From positions 2,656,001 through 2,720,000 of the forward strand of contig CBDAON010000004.1 of the NCBI GenBank assembly GCA_965198065.1: DNA of 64,000 bases, given 5' to 3'. The notes beneath the pieces were generated by a model that saw only the letters and a list, made by a program, of their open reading frames with translations, ran no database searches and was not told the DNA's origin. Shown here piece after piece: positions 45,442 through 56,113 of the stretch. This DNA comes from Longimicrobiales bacterium. GTDB lineage: Bacteria > Gemmatimonadota > Gemmatimonadetes > Longimicrobiales > Gaopeijiaceae. How positions within the stretch are numbered: position 1 is the stretch's first letter; every line of letters begins with the position of its first letter. The translations under genes were made by a program, and so were the position numbers.

Positions 45442-45951
45442 ATGCGATCTGCCGTGGTCACGTTTCTCCTTCTCCTTACACTGGCGGCGTGTTCCGAGGG
45501 CCCCTTTTCGCCCGTTACTGAGGCGGAGGAACAGGAAGTCAAGGTGGCCATCGCGGGCCGGTCCTTTCGCCAGTTCGATCCCTCGAAGGACGGGAGCCCC
45601 AGGAAGGGTGTGATCATCCATTTCTTCAGCGGTGTCGGCCTCTGGGCACAGTATTCCGAGGGCGGCCACGCTCTAGATGAATGGGAGATTGTCACCAGCG
45701 ACTATCGCATCGAACAGACTCGCGATGGTTCGATCATCAGGATCCATTTCACCTCGCCTCGCTCGGAACGCAACCTTCCGACCGCCTGCAGCGATTGTGT
45801 CGAATCATCGGGGTTCTCCATTTCTATCCGGGACGTGTTCGACGCCGGGAGGATCAGGTTCCGCGTGGACGACCCACAGGACAACTTGCCCTCCCCGTTC
45901 CCGGTATTCGGATCCTGGACCAGCTTCGAGGAAGACATCTACTACGACTGA
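45442..45951 (+). CDS. Putative lipoprotein
   Basis: Lipobox LAAC after a hydrophobic signal. Confidence 0.75.
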   Translation: MRSAVVTFLLLLTLAACSEGPFSPVTEAEEQEVKVAIAGRSFRQFDPSKDGSPRKGVIIHFFSGVGLWAQYSEGGHALDEWEIVTSDYRIEQTRDGSIIRIHFTSPRSERNLPTACSDCVESSGFSISIRDVFDAGRIRFRVDDPQDNLPSPFPVFGSWTSFEEDIYYD

Positions 45952-46099
45952 CTCGCATTGGCGGCCAAATCGAAGGACTGCCCGATCCAGCCATGGAGTC
46001 GCCCCGGATTTTCTGGAGTGTTCGTGCACAAGGCACTGTTGGCTGAAGGCTTAACGTCCGGCCGTGGACGGTCCGTCCGTCCGGCTGCGACCGAGGCGG

Positions 46100-46708
46100 T
46101 GGTGACGCGTGTGCGGACGGCGCTCGAGGCCTCGCGTGGCTACGTGTTCGGCCATGGGATCGCGCTGCAGCCGAGCCTGGAGCTCGGGCTCAGGCGCGGA
46201 CGTCGCCGGGAGCCTGATCGCAGCGGACCCGCTGACCGGCCTGTCGGTCGACGTGCGGGTGCGGACGCTGCTCGTGCATCAGGACGAAGGGTTCAGGGAA
46301 CGGGGCGTGTCGCTGTCGTTCAGCTACGACCCGACGCCACAGACGCCGCTGGGGCTGACGGCGCGGGTCGCGCCCTCGTGGGGCGGTCAGGCGATGAGCG
46401 GTGCCGACGCGCTCTGGGGCCGGGAGACGATGGCGGGGCTCGGGGAAGCAGGCCCGGGATCGGGCAACCGCCTCGATGCCGAGCTCGGCTACGCGCTGCC
46501 GGTCGGGAGCCGCCTGGTGGGGACGCCGAGGTTCGGAGTCACGACCTCCGAGATGGGCCGCGACTACCGGCTGGGCTACAGCCTCGCTGTGGTGCAGGGC
46601 GGCGCCATGAGCTTCCAGTTGGGCCTCGACGCCCAGCGCCGCGAAAGCCTGCTGGGCCAGGAAGACGCCGCCCATAGCCTGCTGGGCCGAATCACCGCGA
46701 CCTGGTAG
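46100..46708 (+). pseudogene. Autotransporter-type beta-barrel C-terminal fragment
   Basis: RLDAELGY, GTPRFG, RDYRLGY, terminal Trp; degenerate 5' end. Confidence 0.7.
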
Positions 46709-46990
46709 ACGTGGGCGGCTCGGTACTGTCCCCGGCGCACCGGGTGTCTTTCTAGCGTCGTACTCCGGGCGATGGCCATCGCGCGTGCGGTAGGGTCTTG
46801 GTCCCCCGGAACTGGCCACCCTGCTGATATCGATGTCATGCACCGCGGTGTAGCCCCTCGCCGCGATCCGCCGGCCGGCCTTCGACTCACTTAGCACCAC
46901 CACCCTCCGAGGCGGCATCCGGTCGCGCTCGGCCACGCGCCGCAGTGCATAAGCGGGTCCTCATATGCCGGGTCTCGACCGGTAACTGCC

Positions 46991-47215
46991 ATGGAGACGC
47001 TGACGAAGCAGTTCGAATCTCGAGTGACCGGGTTTCTCGAGCGCACGGGACTGAAGCCGTCGATGTTCGGTCTGCGGGCGGCGGGCGATCCGAACCTGAT
47101 GCGGCAGCTACACCTGGGCCGCCCACGCTCAAGCTGGCCGACCGGGTTCTGGCCTTCATGGACGCCCACGACCAGGGCCATGAGGATCGCGTTTCATCCC
47201 GGAGCCGCCCGCTAG
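46991..47215 (+). pseudogene. Phage-type Cro/XRE HTH protein, frameshifted
   Basis: FLERTGLKPSMFG...GDPNLM...GR continues in another frame as TLKLADRVLAFM. Confidence 0.6.
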
Positions 47216-47477
47216 GAAATGCTTCCTTGAGAGGCAGGAGAGACAGAGCGGTGGCCAGGGCGATGGAACAGGGAATGGACGTGCCCGTCCACCTCGCCCC
47301 TCCGGCAAGCTTCGCTCCTTCGCCTCCTCCGGGAACCTCCGCTACGGTCCACTGGATTCCCGTTCAGAAAGAGGGGTGTAATGATGGGATAGTAGCCAGG
47401 TCATAATCTCTATCTCTATTATTAACAATGCTTTATAATTATCTCGGCACGGCTGGTGGAACCGGAGCCGTTTCTAC

Positions 47478-47882
47478 GTGAGCTCGCCGGGCCGCGAGGC
47501 GGCGATCGCCCTAGAGGAACTGGGTACCCAAGTGCTGGATCCGCTTATCGACCGGCTCCAAGGGCGAGACCCGGTCGGTCGTGAGAATGCCGCGTTCGCT
47601 CTGGGCCTCATCGAGAGTTCCCAGGCCCTCGAAGCACTCAGCGACGCCGTGCGTCAGGACGTAACGGCCCTGGTCCGAGCCCGGGCCGCATGGGCTATCG
47701 GTATGATCGAGGATCCCGCCGCTGCGGAGGCCCTAATGGAGGCTGTAGAGGACGAAGATCCGACGGTCTGGGGGTAGGCGATAAGGGCGCTGGGCATGCT
47801 CGTGCGACGGAGCGGCTTCGAGGGCATCGACCGCGGCGAGCTGGCCGATGCCGTCAGGCGGGCAATCCGGCGCGACCTGTAA
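47478..47882 (+). pseudogene. HEAT-repeat protein fragment with internal TAG (47775-47777)
   Basis: RENAAFALGLI, VRARAAWAIGMI, then *AIRALGML. Confidence 0.7.
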
Positions 47883-47956
47883 CAGGCTCACTGGGTAGAC
47901 TCGGGGAAAAGGACGGGGATGACGGAAATGATGAAGATGACGGGACTTTTGGAACG

Positions 47957-48337
47957 ATGCGCGATTCGCGGGCTGCTGAGGTTCTGACTATCGAGCCTGA
48001 CACTGCCTCTCTGGTGGCCCGGGCCCGGAACGGGGACGTGTCGGCCTTCGAGGCCGTGTATCGCCTGCACTGCCAGCGCGTCTTCACGGTGTGCGTGCAG
48101 CTGACGGCCGATCGGGGCGAGGCGGAGGAGCTGGCGCAGGATGCCTGGGTCCGGGCTTGGAAGCGGATCGATTCGTTTCGGGGCGACGCGACATTCGGCA
48201 CATGGATGCATCGGCTGACCGTGAACCTCGTCCTGGATCGAAAGCGACGAGAGACGCCCGTTGGCGCGGGCGTATGGTCTCGATGGACTGCGACGGCGCC
48301 CAGGTGGGGCGGGCCCCTGAGATCAAGTCCCGGCTAG
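47957..48337 (+). pseudogene. ECF sigma factor, region 2 only (region 4 lost)
   Basis: GDVSAFEAVY, AEELAQDAWVRAW, FRGDATFGTWMHRLTVN. Confidence 0.8.
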
Positions 48338-48636
48338 ATCACATGGAGAGCCAGATGGCGCAGATGCAGGCTACCCTGGATCATTTAGCGGATACGCGTG
48401 CATTCGACCGCCAGCTCTCGACAGGGTCTGACGTGGAGGGGAGCTGACCGAACTGGCGGTGAAGCTGAGGAGGGCGGGGAAGTGCGTGCCAAGCGAACGA
48501 CGGGAACGTCGCACCGCACGGCCAGCTTCCGCGGTCTCGTAGTGCCTCCTGAAGCCGCGCCTCGACTCTTGCTCTAGTGCCTCCGAGTCAGCACCTTCGT
48601 CGCCGTGGGTGATCCCCTCCCGAGCCGGGAGTCTGC

Positions 48637-50001
48637 GTGAGCCAACCGCTCAAGGGTGCCTCGCCAGGCCGGTCTGCCCCCCCGGATTCCGCGCCCGTTC
48701 CGGTCCGACGAATCACACGCCGCGCCGTCGCCAGTTGGGTACTCTACGACCTGGCGAACACCATTTTTTCGATGGGCGTGGTTTCGCTGTACTTCTCACT
48801 CTATGTGCGTGACAACGTTGGAGCGGATCGGGCAGACACGATCTACGGGATCATCACGGCGATCTCGATGGCGGTGATCTTTGTCGTCTCTCCGCTGCTC
48901 GGGGCCATGACCGACCGGGCCCGTCGCCGGATGCCCTTCCTCGTGACAAGCACGATCATTTGTGTCACGCTGACCGCGCTGCTCGCGCGTGCCGGGTTCA
49001 TGGCCACCGCGATCGTGTTCGGTTTCGCGAACGTCGCCTACCAGGCCGGCCTGCAGTTTTATGACGCGCTCCTTCCGGAGGTCAGCACTCCGGAAAACCG
49101 GGGCCGTATTGGAGGCATCGGCATAGGCGTAGGATACCTCGGGGCGTACCTCGCGGTCGGGATCGGCCTCCTTCTCGGGACTGAGGACAAAGCGCGGATC
49201 TTCGGGATGATTGCGCTCGCCTTTCTCCTCTTCGCCCTTCCTTGTTTCTTCTTCGTCGGGGAGCGCGGCAATCCCAGTCCGAGACCCATCGACCTGCGCA
49301 TGGCGATCGCGTCCACGCGCGAGACCATTCGGACGCTCCGCTCGAGCCAGGAATTCCCTGGGCTGCTCCGATTCCTCATCGGCCGCGTATTCTACACGGA
49401 CGCGATCAACACCGTGATCTCGATCATGGCGCTCTACACCGTGAACGTGGCGGTGTCCGCGGGCCTCTCGGAGAGGGAGAGCCAGCAACAGGCCCAGCTC
49501 ATTCTAATGGGCGCCATCACGTTCGCGGTCATCGGCGGGTTCGTGTGGGGATGGCTCACGGACCGCTGGGGGCCGAAACGCACGCTCACATTCGTGCTCC
49601 GCGCGTGGATGATGACGTTCATACTCGCCGCATGCGTCGGCATCGTCGGCCTGCCTCTTTGGACGCTCTTTGTCGTGGCGGCATCGGCCGGTTTCTCGCT
49701 CGGCGGGGTCTGGGCGGCGGACCGGCCCTACATGCTGCGCCTTACACCGCCAGCACGTGTCGGCGAATTCTACGGACTGTACGGAATGGTTGGCCGCTTC
49801 TCCGCGATCACCGGGCCCGGTATCTGGGCCGCCGTGACGTATGTGACCGTGCAGCAGATCGGACTCCTGCCGCGCGTCGGCCAGGGTATTGGGATTCTGG
49901 TTCTCCTCGTGTTGATCGTCGTGAGTTACGTCATCCTCGGGAAGGTGTCCGATGAGCCACGGTCCTGGTCCGCAAGCGATCTGCACCCTGGTGGGCAGTG
50001 A
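48637..50001 (+). CDS. MFS transporter (UMF1/Atg22-like)
   Basis: SWVLYDLAN, FYDALLP, about 12 TMs, GEFYGLY. Confidence 0.92.
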   Translation: MSQPLKGASPGRSAPPDSAPVPVRRITRRAVASWVLYDLANTIFSMGVVSLYFSLYVRDNVGADRADTIYGIITAISMAVIFVVSPLLGAMTDRARRRMPFLVTSTIICVTLTALLARAGFMATAIVFGFANVAYQAGLQFYDALLPEVSTPENRGRIGGIGIGVGYLGAYLAVGIGLLLGTEDKARIFGMIALAFLLFALPCFFFVGERGNPSPRPIDLRMAIASTRETIRTLRSSQEFPGLLRFLIGRVFYTDAINTVISIMALYTVNVAVSAGLSERESQQQAQLILMGAITFAVIGGFVWGWLTDRWGPKRTLTFVLRAWMMTFILAACVGIVGLPLWTLFVVAASAGFSLGGVWAADRPYMLRLTPPARVGEFYGLYGMVGRFSAITGPGIWAAVTYVTVQQIGLLPRVGQGIGILVLLVLIVVSYVILGKVSDEPRSWSASDLHPGGQ

Positions 50002-50022
50002 TTGGCATGACTGCGGGGAGGT

Positions 50023-51384
50023 GTGGTCGAGAGCGTTAGCGTGATGTACCTTTTGCCGCTTTTCTCCCTCCTGGGGCAGCTTGCAGTCCGGATCTTCTAC
50101 CGCCTCCGGATCGTGGGCGACGTGGTGCCTCGAGAGGGTCCGGCGCTGCTCGTCGCCAATCATCCCAACTCACTGATAGACCCGGTGCTCGTGATTGGCG
50201 CCGCTGGACGGCGCGTACGGTTCCTGGCGAAGGCACCGCTCTTCAGCGATAAGATGGTGGGCTGGCTCGTGCGCGGGTCGGGAGCGGTCCCCGTGTATCG
50301 GAAGGTGGACGATCCCGAGCACATGGAGCGAAACGTAGAGATGTTCAGCGCGGTTCACGCCGCGCTCGAGGAGGGTGACGCGGTCGGGATCTTCCCGGAG
50401 GGGGTGAGCCACAGCGAGCCGGCGCTCGTTCCGTTCAAGACCGGAACCGCGCGGATCGCGCTCGGGGCGGCCCCCCGCCTGGGGGGCGCCTTTCCCATCG
50501 TTCCCGTTGGCCTCGTGTTCCGGGCGAAGCACGTCTTTCGGTCGAGCGCGCTGATCGTGGTCGGCAGTCCGATCGAGTGGAGCGAGCTGGCCGCGCGAGC
50601 AGACGAAGATCGCGGAAGCGGAGTGCCCGATCCGGAGCTGGTGGACGAGCTCACGCAACGGATCCGATCTGCCCTTCGCCGTGTGACCATCAACCTCGAA
50701 GACTGGGCGGATGCGCCGGTCGTCGAATCCGCGTTGGACGTGTGGGAGACGGAGTTCGGAGCGTCGCGCGGAGTGGGGCGGGTTACGCGGATGGGGGTGA
50801 CGGCCGCGCTGCTCCGTCGGCTGCGAATGGATCGGGCCCCGGAGGTAGAAACGCTGGTTTCGGAGCTCGTCGCCCACGCCCGGCGTCTCGGGCGACTGCA
50901 CCTTAGGCCGCAGGATCTCGAGCGTGACACGGGGGCCCCGGCCGCAATTCGCTGGAGCGCGCGGCGCCTCGTGTTCGTCTCAGTGCCCTTGATCGTGACG
51001 GCGCTGGCGGGCTTCGTTCTCTTCTGGATTCCGTATCAGTTCACAGGCAGGGTCGCGGAGCGGAGGCGCCCGGACCCGGACCGGGTCTCGACGCACAAGC
51101 TTCTCGCGGGGATCGTCGTGTACGGGACCTGGATCGTTCTCTTGGCCGCGGTGGGGGGCTTCGTCCACCCGTTGGTGGGCTTCGCCATCATCGTGCTCGC
51201 GCCGGTGATCGGGTTCGTGGGTCTCCAGGTTCGGGAGCAGTGGCGCGGCGCATGGGCCGACGTACGGAGCTTCCTCCTCCTACGCTCGCGGCGGCGCCTG
51301 GTCGCCACCCTCTCGGAGCGACAGCGGGATCTGGCCCGGCGCCTCGACGGAGTGTACCGAGCCCACGGTGTGACCCCCTCGTAG
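50023..51384 (+). CDS. Lysophospholipid/glycerol acyltransferase family protein
   Basis: ANHPNSLID, FLAK, IFPEG, C-terminal TMs. Confidence 0.9.
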   Translation: MVESVSVMYLLPLFSLLGQLAVRIFYRLRIVGDVVPREGPALLVANHPNSLIDPVLVIGAAGRRVRFLAKAPLFSDKMVGWLVRGSGAVPVYRKVDDPEHMERNVEMFSAVHAALEEGDAVGIFPEGVSHSEPALVPFKTGTARIALGAAPRLGGAFPIVPVGLVFRAKHVFRSSALIVVGSPIEWSELAARADEDRGSGVPDPELVDELTQRIRSALRRVTINLEDWADAPVVESALDVWETEFGASRGVGRVTRMGVTAALLRRLRMDRAPEVETLVSELVAHARRLGRLHLRPQDLERDTGAPAAIRWSARRLVFVSVPLIVTALAGFVLFWIPYQFTGRVAERRRPDPDRVSTHKLLAGIVVYGTWIVLLAAVGGFVHPLVGFAIIVLAPVIGFVGLQVREQWRGAWADVRSFLLLRSRRRLVATLSERQRDLARRLDGVYRAHGVTPS

Positions 51385-51498
51385 AAGAGGAGTCCCGCAG
51401 CGCAGGTCGTCAGTGCCCGAAGCATCCCGTCAGCGTGGCCGTGCCCAGCACATGTCCTGCCATCACAGCGGTGAGGGCGGCGTGATCGCTCTCCGCGG

Positions 51499-51716
51499 AT
51501 TGTGCCGTAACCCTCGGGTACGGAGTGGTAAGGATGGCACAGGGGCAGGGAAGAGGACCCGAGAGTTTGGCTCAACCGTACCATACTAGTACACAATAGT
51601 ACCACGTCGCTAGTACGGCGTTGACGGACTGCAAATCCTCTATCCCCGGTTCGAATCCGGGCGGCGCCTCTAGGGTCAAACAGCAGATACCGGAAAGACT
51701 TACGTAAATAGCGGAG
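51499..51716 (+). repeat. att-like repeat 1 containing the 3' half of tRNA-Cys(GCA) (51626-51670)
   Basis: GGACTGCAAATCC...CCCGGTTCGAATCCGGGCGGCGCCT without a 5' half; about 220 bp similar to 57244-57462. Confidence 0.85.
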
Positions 51717-51735
51717 GAGCCCAACAGGCCCTCCG

Positions 51736-52020
51736 CTATGGCCCTCGCTGGCGGGAGGGCGATCTCCGAGCGATCATCCGGCCTATCAGCAACGCGAGCC
51801 CGACCACGCACAACCATCCAAAGATGTCACCGATCTGGGCGTATATGGTGCGACGCCTCCGTACAGGAACCTGGGATATCATGATCCGCTCAGGGGTCGT
51901 GAAGTGGTCCATGGCAGCCGAGACGTTGCCCTGATAGTCGGTGGCGAGCGACAGGCCATCGTTGGCTTGGCGGACCATTGAAAAGCTGTTTTCGATAGAG
52001 CGGTAGAATGACAGATAGCA
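51736..52020 (-). pseudogene. C-terminal fragment of apolipoprotein N-acyltransferase-like (nitrilase fold) protein
   Basis: RSIENSFSMVRQANDGLS...TIYAQIGDIFGW. Confidence 0.7.
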
Positions 52021-52187
52021 TTACGGTAGTACGAGACTCTTGCGGGACTTCGCCCGGGGCCTCTAATTGATAGATACATGGAGTAGTGTATGGTCCGCCT
52101 GGGCGCGGAGGTGTGCCCCTGGCGGGAAGCTCGGTTGCTCGGCTCTATTTTGTGGGACTACAGGTACCTAAAGAGGAGGCGCAGCTC

Positions 52188-53543
52188 ATGGAAGGGACGC
52201 GCTTGCACCGGTGGATCCTGGCGGGGGCCCTGGCCCTCGTGGCGACCGTCGTGCTCGGAGGTACTATCTCCGCGCAGACGACCGATCGGCAGATCACCTT
52301 TGCCGACGATGTCGCGGCGATCATCCAGGAGAACTGTCAGATCTGCCACCAGCCGGGTGGGATCGCCCCCATGGCGCTCAGGAGCTATGAGGAGATCCGG
52401 CCCTGGGCCCCGCTGATCCGCGAGAAGGTCGCAGCGAGTGAGATGCCACCCTACGCGTATGATAGGGACATCGGCATTCAGGAGTTGAGGGAAGACTGGC
52501 GGCTCTCGCTGGACGAGATCGCCACGATCGTGTCGTGGGTGGATCAGGGTGCCGCGCTGGGAAACGTGGCGAACCTGCCTCCTCCGATCCAGCTTCCGAA
52601 TCCGGACGAGTGGAGGATGGCGGAGGCGTTCGGGCCTCCGGATCTCGTGGTCGGCACGCCGGGGATCACGGTTCCCGGGCAGGGGACCGACATGTTCTTC
52701 GGGCCGATCATGCGGACCGACCTCGCGGAGGAGCGCTGCATCAAGGCGCTGCAGGTGAAGCCCGGGGTCGGCAACGCGAAGTCGGTCGTCCACCACGCCA
52801 ATTCGTCGTTCCAGCTCCTTCAGGAAGACGGGACGTACGAGCGGGCGGGCCGCTCGACCGAGTACGCGATGGGCAAGTTCGGGGAGATCATCCCCGAGGG
52901 AACGTGTCGGACGATCCCTGCGGACGCGTGGGTGCAGTGGGACATCCACCTGTTCCCCGGTGGCGTCGGTGGGGCCGCCTCGGGCGAGGAGATTTCGGGC
53001 GACATCGTGGAGCTCGGCATCTGGCTGCATCCCGAGGGCTACGAGTGGGAGTACGAGCAGAGTCTGTCCAGCTACGGAATCGACGAGACCGAGCTGGTCA
53101 TCCCGCCCCACGGGACGCACATGGCGGTGGGCTACCACTCGTTCGACCACCCTGTGCGGATCGACCAGTTCCAGCCGCACGGACACTTGAGGCTGCGCCA
53201 CGCGTCGCTCGAGATCTTCTATCCGGAGACCGGACGGACGGAAGTGGTCAGCATGATCACGAACTGGAGCGCGACCTGGCACCACAGCCACATCTACGAA
53301 GATGACGTGGCTCCGCTCGTTCCGGCGGGCGCGGTTCTGATCCTCAAGCAGTGGTATGACAACACGGCCGACAGTCCGAACAACCCCGACCCGGATATGT
53401 GGGTCCTCGGGGGGGGCCGGACGGCGGACGAGATGGACCACGCGTGGATCGGGATCACGCACCTCGACCAGGAAGGCTATGAGCGCCTCCTGGCGGAGAG
53501 GGAAGGGCAGCAGCAGCAGGTGGCTCAGGCGGCGGGCAACTGA
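52188..53543 (+). CDS. Secreted cytochrome c fused to a copper type II monooxygenase-like domain
   Basis: Signal peptide; CQICH heme motif plus MPP; VVHHA, IHL, PHGH, DEM copper-ligand-like motifs. Confidence 0.8.
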   Translation: MEGTRLHRWILAGALALVATVVLGGTISAQTTDRQITFADDVAAIIQENCQICHQPGGIAPMALRSYEEIRPWAPLIREKVAASEMPPYAYDRDIGIQELREDWRLSLDEIATIVSWVDQGAALGNVANLPPPIQLPNPDEWRMAEAFGPPDLVVGTPGITVPGQGTDMFFGPIMRTDLAEERCIKALQVKPGVGNAKSVVHHANSSFQLLQEDGTYERAGRSTEYAMGKFGEIIPEGTCRTIPADAWVQWDIHLFPGGVGGAASGEEISGDIVELGIWLHPEGYEWEYEQSLSSYGIDETELVIPPHGTHMAVGYHSFDHPVRIDQFQPHGHLRLRHASLEIFYPETGRTEVVSMITNWSATWHHSHIYEDDVAPLVPAGAVLILKQWYDNTADSPNNPDPDMWVLGGGRTADEMDHAWIGITHLDQEGYERLLAEREGQQQQVAQAAGN

Positions 53544-53715
53544 CGCGGGCACCGCTTGCCCTGCCCGAGCTAGCGGGTGAGATGGGGGTCGAAGGAGCCA
53601 CCTGAGCTGTCGGGTCCTTCGATCCCCATTTGTTTGGGGTCGATGGCAGGCGGTCGCGGCGAGCCGAAGGTGTCCCCTTGGTGGCGGTCGCACGGGTACT
53701 TTGAAAGGAGTGAAC

Positions 53716-54666
53716 ATGACGCGGCTTCGCATGGTCCCATTCGGGGTGGCGCTCGCGTTCTTCGTTTGGGGTGGCACGTGCCCGGCAGACTTGGAGGCGC
53801 AACGGCCGAATCTTCCCCTTCAGCCGCGGCCGGGGGGCGACTACTTCATCATCCCCGTCATGGAGGGGTGGTACGACAACGGCGACGGGTCGATTACGGT
53901 CTCGTTCGGCTACCTCAATCGGAACGATGAAACCGTCGAGATTCCGTTAGGCGAGAACAATTTCATCGAGCCGGCCAGCTTCGGCGGGATGCAGCCCACC
54001 GTGTTTGAGCCAGGCCACGAACGAATCTTCACGGTGACGGTCCCGGCCGACCTGGCACAGACGGGCATCTGGTGGACGATTCGCTCGTTCGGAGACGAGG
54101 CGCGCGTGCCGGGCCGGAGGGTGGTACCTGGCTACGAGCTGGACAAGCGTCCGCTACCCAACGGCGCGATGGCTCCCCTCGTTTATTTCGAGGAGGGTGG
54201 AGAGGTGGGCCAGTACCCGTCGGGCGTCATGGCGAGGACTGTGGAGAGGGTCAGGGTCGGCGAGCTTCTGACCCTCACGCTGCACACGAGTGACACGGCC
54301 GTGCGGACGCCGTACCAGCGTTCCACGCCCTCGGAACCGCCCACCGTGAGGGTGGCGTGGGTGAAGCACCAGGGGCCGCCGGGCGAGATCGAGTGGGTCC
54401 GTCACCCGTCGACCCCCGTCCCGGAAGAGCCGGCCGATGCGCCGCCCGGAGGTGGCAGGGGTCGTGGGGGCGGTCAGGGCGGCCAGGACGAGCCCCCACC
54501 ACCGAGCGAGATCGAGCTTCCGACCGGAGGGGGAACGGCTCTGGTGCAGGCCCGCTTCCCCGCTCCCGGGGAGTACCTGCTTCGGGCCCGGGTCAACCCC
54601 TCGGACGCCGGCGGGGGTCAGTGCTGCTGGACAAACGGGTACGTACGAGTCAACGTGACGCCGTAG
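53716..54666 (+). CDS. Secreted hypothetical protein
   Basis: RBS AAGGAG; signal peptide; PVMEGW, FGYLNRN, C-terminal CCWTNGYV. Confidence 0.8.
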   Translation: MTRLRMVPFGVALAFFVWGGTCPADLEAQRPNLPLQPRPGGDYFIIPVMEGWYDNGDGSITVSFGYLNRNDETVEIPLGENNFIEPASFGGMQPTVFEPGHERIFTVTVPADLAQTGIWWTIRSFGDEARVPGRRVVPGYELDKRPLPNGAMAPLVYFEEGGEVGQYPSGVMARTVERVRVGELLTLTLHTSDTAVRTPYQRSTPSEPPTVRVAWVKHQGPPGEIEWVRHPSTPVPEEPADAPPGGGRGRGGGQGGQDEPPPPSEIELPTGGGTALVQARFPAPGEYLLRARVNPSDAGGGQCCWTNGYVRVNVTP

Positions 54667-54693
54667 CAAACCTTCAGCGTTTCGTGGCTTCTC

Positions 54694-54729
54694 GACGCGG
54701 CGGGCTGCGGCCCGCCGCGTCTCTTTTTT
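54694..54729 (+). terminator. Rho-independent terminator
   Basis: GACGCGGCGGGC-TGCG-GCCCGCCGCGTC followed by a T tract. Confidence 0.85.
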
Positions 54730-54859
54730 GCACGCCCGACAGGGGGAAACGGGACCGACCGAGTCAGGCCGAAGGGGGAAAGATGGGGATTATAACCTTA
54801 ACTTGACAGACCAACAAGTTAGCGGCTATTCTTTCTAGTAGAGCAAAGGAGATGAAAGA

Positions 54860-55778
54860 ATGGCCGGAAAAGCCTACCGCGAAGGGATCACCCTCGCACA
54901 GTTGACCAGCCTGTTTCCCAATGAGGAAGCGGCTACCGAGTGGTTCGAGAGCAACGTATGGGGCGGCGAGCGATGCTGCGGGCATTGCGGCAGCCTCAAC
55001 ACCAAGCTGGTCCCCAATGCGAAGCCGATGCCGTACTGGTGCCCCGATTGCCGGAAGTATTTCAGCGTACGCACCGGAACGGTCCTGCGTCGCTCGCACA
55101 TATCGCTCCAGGACTGGGCCTTCGGGATCTATCTCGAAGTGACGAACCTCAAGGGCGTGTCCAGCATGAAGCTGCACCGCGACCTGGGGATCAGCCAGAA
55201 ATCAGCATGGCACATGCTCCACCGCATCCGCGAGACGTGGGCCCCGTTGCGCGAAAGCTTCGCTGGCCCTGTCGAGTTCGACGAGACCTACATCGGCGGG
55301 AAGGAAAAGAACCGGCACGCGAGCAAGCGCCAGGATCTGGGGCGTGGCCCCGTGGGCAAGACGGCGGTCGTCGGGGCGAAAGACAGGGCGACGAACCGCG
55401 TGAAGGCCCGCGTCGTCAAGCATACGGACGGGCCGACGCTTCATCGTTTCGTCCGGGCCAGCGCGGAAGACGGCGCGAAGCTCTACACGGACGACGCTGC
55501 TGCCTACAAGGGCCTAGAGAACCACGAGACGGTCAAGCACTCGGGTCCGTGAGTACGTCAACGGGATGGCCCACACGAACGGCATAGAGAGTTTCTGGTC
55601 GATGCTCAAGCGCGGATACTACGGGGTCTACCACAAGATGAGCGAGAAGCACCTGCAGCGCTACGTCAACGAGTTCGCCGGCCGCCACAACATGCGCGAG
55701 ATGGACACCATCGACCAGATGCGCCACGTCGTCTCCGGGATGGTTGGGCGGCGCCTCATGTACCGGGACCTGGTCTAG
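54860..55778 (+). CDS. IS1595-family transposase (frameshift near 55545)
   Basis: Zn ribbon [46 protein letters not shown]. Confidence 0.92.
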
Positions 55779-55925
55779 GATGCCGAAGAAGGAGACGCCG
55801 AAGACTGGTAACCCGTTCTACCGAGGCGCCAGCCCCGAGGAAGTTGCGCGCGCACTCCTCCAGCGCGCCCCCCCGAAGAAGCCGAAGGCCAAGCCCGACC
55901 CCCCGAAGGAGCGAAGCCCCGACGA

Positions 55926-55954
55926 TTGACCCTACCGAAGAAAATACGTAGGAT
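55926..55954 (+). promoter_or_regulatory. sigma70-like promoter facing the RNA cargo
   Basis: TTGACC-17 nt-TAGGAT. Confidence 0.65.
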
Positions 55955-56113
55955 GGAGAAGCGCCCGGCGGGGGCAAAACCCGTCCGGGCGCTTACAACT
56001 CGTAGGCCGTTAGCAACCCCGAGACAGCAGTGGACTGGGCCCGAGACCCTCACAACGGGTGAAGGACTGACGGCTGCGGGCTGTACTAGTATATAAGTGG
56101 GAAAGGGAGAAAA

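Noticed and set aside
51626..51670. Functional tRNA-Cys genes here and at 57372-57417
   Set aside because: Both lack the 5' acceptor strand and D-arm; they are att-type fragments.
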